Assembly (NCBI RefSeq): GCF_008831285.2
Contig: NC_045138.2
Span: 33,604,001-33,668,000, forward strand
DNA from: Nymphaea colorata
Lineage: Eukaryota
Length of the DNA stretch: 64,000 nt
Direction of reading: 5' to 3'
The notes below the pieces were generated by a model. It had not been told where the DNA came from, ran no database searches, and saw only the letters and a program-made list of their open reading frames with translations. Shown in pieces: positions 61,512-64,000 of this stretch. How positions within the stretch are numbered: the stretch's first letter is position 1; the number at the start of each line of letters is the position of its first letter. The position numbers were made by a program, and so were the translations under genes.

Positions 61512-62519
61512 CTATGTCACCTAGGTACGGGTACGGTAAAACGTTGCCAATCTTGGTACAGCGGTATGGCGATAATATTATTTTTTTGTTAAAAAATTGT
61601 AAATTTTGAGAAAAACAAAAAAATTGTTATCGAACTTCTTAATACAAACCAGAATCTCTGAGTCAGAAACAGCTAATGAACAAACTAAGGAATTGAAAAT
61701 CAACAATAAAAAGCAAATGAAATAGGAATTCGTGTGAAAAAAAAAAATCAAAGGGACGGATCGTGGCTTTCCTCCATTAAAATCAGAATTTGAGTTCCCA
61801 ACTTCCAAGCTATATATCTGAGCGAAGAAATAATCCGCCACAATCAAAGGGACGGATCATTGCTTTCCTCCATTAAAATCAGAATTTGAGTTCCCAACTT
61901 CCATATATCTGAGCGAAGAAATAATCCACCACTTTACTTATCGCTGAATGAATTTGATGCAAAAACGACAAAAGGGTTTCTTGTAGCATATGTATGAATA
62001 AAATGAAATGAATGAAGAAATGAATCAAAGGAATGGAAACTAAAATGAATCAGAGAGGAGACTCCAAGCGACTCAGTTTGAGCAGTCGGGAGGAAGTAGG
62101 GGATCAGAGAGGGAATGGAAACATATGTATGAATAAAATGAAATGAATCAAAGGAATGGAAACGAAAATGAATCAGAGAGGATCAAGAGGAAGAAAAGTA
62201 GGGGATCGACGCATATTACCGATTGACCTAATGCGATGGAAGAGGAACCCTAACAAGTACGAGGAAGAAACCGAACGACAAACGTCGGCCACGCACCTTC
62301 CGTCGCCGTCCACGGGTCGTCCGTCGCCGGTCGCCGTCCGCCGCCGCTGCCCAAAAAATCAGAATCTCCAAGCACCCGCCTTTGGAAGAACGCTCGAGAG
62401 GCGGAGAGGGAGACGGCGAGAGTCACGGCCGAGTTTTCCTTTTGTTGCATTTTGATATGGTTTGGATCTAGTTCCGACCGGGAACCAGATCCAAACGAAC
62501 CACCACCGGCGCACCATGG
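61512..62519. mobile_element. Non-autonomous DNA transposon of the same family, copy 2, right TIR truncated
   Basis: Left end CTATGTCACCTAGGTACGGGTACGG. Perfect 8-bp TSD ACGGAGAC at 61504-61511 and 62520-62527. Subterminal blocks are shared with copy 1 (ATAATATTATTTTT..AAAAAATTGTAAATTTTG; CCGTCGCCGTCC..GTCGTCCGTC; TTTGATATGGTTTGGATCT..AACCAGATC.AAACG.ACC). The right end lacks the terminal TGACATAG. Confidence 0.85.
61746..61930. repeat. Tandem duplication (period about 96 bp, 2 copies) inside transposon copy 2
   Basis: AATCAAAGGGACGGATC..GCTTTCCTCCATTAAAATCAGAATTTGAGTTCCCAACTTCC..ATATATCTGAGCGAAGAAATAATCC starts at both 61746 and 61842. Confidence 0.9.
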
Positions 62520-62527
62520 ACGGAGAC

Positions 62528-62820
62528 AAAGCATGAAAGCAGAGCTCGAACGGACCGGGTGGCCCAACCAAACCACCCGCCCTGCCCCTAATATACATTC
62601 ATTCGGTCTCTCATAATAATAGTGGCTTCGGGTCGGATGGTGCCGCTTTTCTGGGTCGATGCTCGATGTGGAACAAATACCCGACCCGGAAGGACTCCAA
62701 CGTGTCTCGTGTCGGTATAATTTCGTTCTGTGCCGCGAACATCCCGAAAGCGCGCGAGCGACCTTCTATCTCCGCCGCTCCCTTCCAGAGACGCGAAGTG
62801 AAGCGATATTGAAGAGGGAG
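62528..62820. promoter_or_regulatory. Candidate bidirectional promoter between SF3B5 (-) and the WD40 gene (+)
   Basis: Short GC-rich interval between two divergent genes. Contains a site II-like element GGCCCA (TGGGCC on the minus strand) at 62561-62566. TSS positions are inferred, not observed. Confidence 0.5.
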
Positions 62821-63055
62821 ATGGATCTCCTCCGTGGAGCTTACGGCGCTGCCTCCGACGAGGAGGAGGAGGAGGGGCGACGAAACTCCTCCGATCGCTT
62901 CTCTAAGAGGCACCGCCCATTGCCGGTAGCTCCTCCATTACCAGGCTGCTACGTCTCGAAGAGACAGCGGGCAGCGATGGCGGCGACGACGGCTGCTCAG
63001 ACCTTGTCCAGTTCTCAGACCTCGGCCGTTCCTTCCCCTGTTGTCTCATCATCTG
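62821..63055 (+). CDS. First coding exon of a probable WD40-repeat protein (WDR25-like); gene continues past the window end
   Basis: MDLLRGAYGAASDEEEEE...PPLPGCYVSKRQRA resembles the N-terminus I recall for plant WDR25 homologues (MDL..AY...SDEE; PG.YVSKR.R). The exon is GC-rich and ends at a plausible donor G|GTTTC (63055/63056) before T-rich intron-like sequence. No WD40 repeats are visible within the window. Confidence 0.6.
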
Positions 63056-63766
63056 GTTTCGTCTCGTCTCCTCTTCTTCTCATCTCGTTTATTTATCGCT
63101 GTATTTTGTTCATGCTCCACTGACACTGATCACGTTGTCTTTGCTTCTGCGTGAGGTTGATTCGTGTTCGTCATCGTGATCCTCTTTTCTAGATTTTAAT
63201 TCTTTAGTGTCCTTTAGCACCCCATTTCTATTAGAATATTTAAATTTTAGGCTTCTGTATTTTGTTGGGCAAGTATGTGAAGAGTACGCAGAAGTTTGAA
63301 AATACATTGAACATTAACATAAGTAAATTTATTGGCTTGGAATTGACAAAAGATCCACGTCTTGCTCCTTTCTTCTTAATCCAGCTCGAGCTAGAAGTAT
63401 AGTGCTTACCCCAATGGTGATGGGTGTGCTTCTGTGTTGTTCCACAGTACTACCTGGTCTCGGTCGCTTCCATGCACACGGAACTCGAGTCGTACCATGG
63501 AAATTTTATTGCTTAAACCTGCTTGTTTCGTGCACAATAAATATCAGAAATGGCAAACGCCACAGCGCTTATCAATACCAATTTCAGAGCACCTTCCCAG
63601 TTTTCATTTTGCAAGTTTTCGTGGTTAAATCTGCCTCCTCTATGCACTTGAAATAATATATGTATACATTCCATAGTATCTGGAAGACATCTGTTTATGA
63701 GCATATCTTGCTTTCGATTTGCTGAATATAAGTTTGTCATTTCTCACCGAGTTATTGTGCCTTTTG

Positions 63767-64000
63767 GTGTAGTCAAAACTGCGCCTAGGGATTCGACTAG
63801 GCTGGCTACCGAGGCGCCTAAGTGGATGAAATGCTTTAAAATTCTTTTGTTACCTTTTCTGTTGTTTTTCTTCTTCTCCATGTACGTCTTGTTCTTCCTC
63901 GTCCTCTTTTTATCTTTGATTTACTGGCCCACAAAGGCCCCCGTCGAGGCACTGTCTAGTCCTTTTCAAGGCCCATCGCCTATGCCTGCCTCACGCTTTT
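63767..64000. mobile_element. Probable MITE-like element in the WD40 gene intron, cut off by the window end
   Basis: Clusters of GCGCCTAG/AGGCGCCT motifs at both ends (GTAGTCAAAACTGCGCCTAGG... and ...CGCCTATGCCTGCCTCACGCTTTT) around a T-rich core. The right terminus lies outside the window. Confidence 0.4.

Noticed and set aside
61746..62205. Repeated units that could be mistaken for a CRISPR-like array
   Set aside because: Only two copies per unit, no regular unique spacers, located inside a transposon in plant nuclear DNA, and no cas genes.
63434..63628. TPQRLSIPISEH as a possible second exon of the WD40 gene
   Set aside because: The resemblance is weak and I found no frame-consistent splice sites.

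Overview
Eukaryotic (flowering-plant) nuclear DNA with spliced genes, not a prokaryotic locus. I reconstructed seven complete genes by hand from GT-AG junctions: a 7-exon G-type lectin S-domain receptor kinase (+), two intronless KIC/PBP1-type EF-hand genes facing each other 23 kb apart, a 4-exon FQR1-type quinone reductase (-), an intronless PUB8-type U-box/ARM E3 ligase (-), a 7-exon group-X bHLH (-), and a 4-coding-exon SF3B5 splicing-factor gene (-) that the ORF track misses. The first exon of a probable WDR25-like WD40 gene (+) is also present, and that gene continues past the window end. Most notable observations: (1) two copies of one non-autonomous DNA transposon family with 8-bp TSDs bracket SF3B5, and one lies 15 nt from a predicted 5'UTR splice donor, next to a compact divergent promoter; (2) the gene order recalls the neighbourhood of the Brassicaceae S-locus and its paralogous blocks; (3) a 33-bp fragment resembling plastid 16S rRNA. 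I see no CRISPR array, tRNA or full rRNA gene, and no clear evidence of a wholly new biological system. Gene-family names and Arabidopsis gene IDs come from recall, not from database searches.
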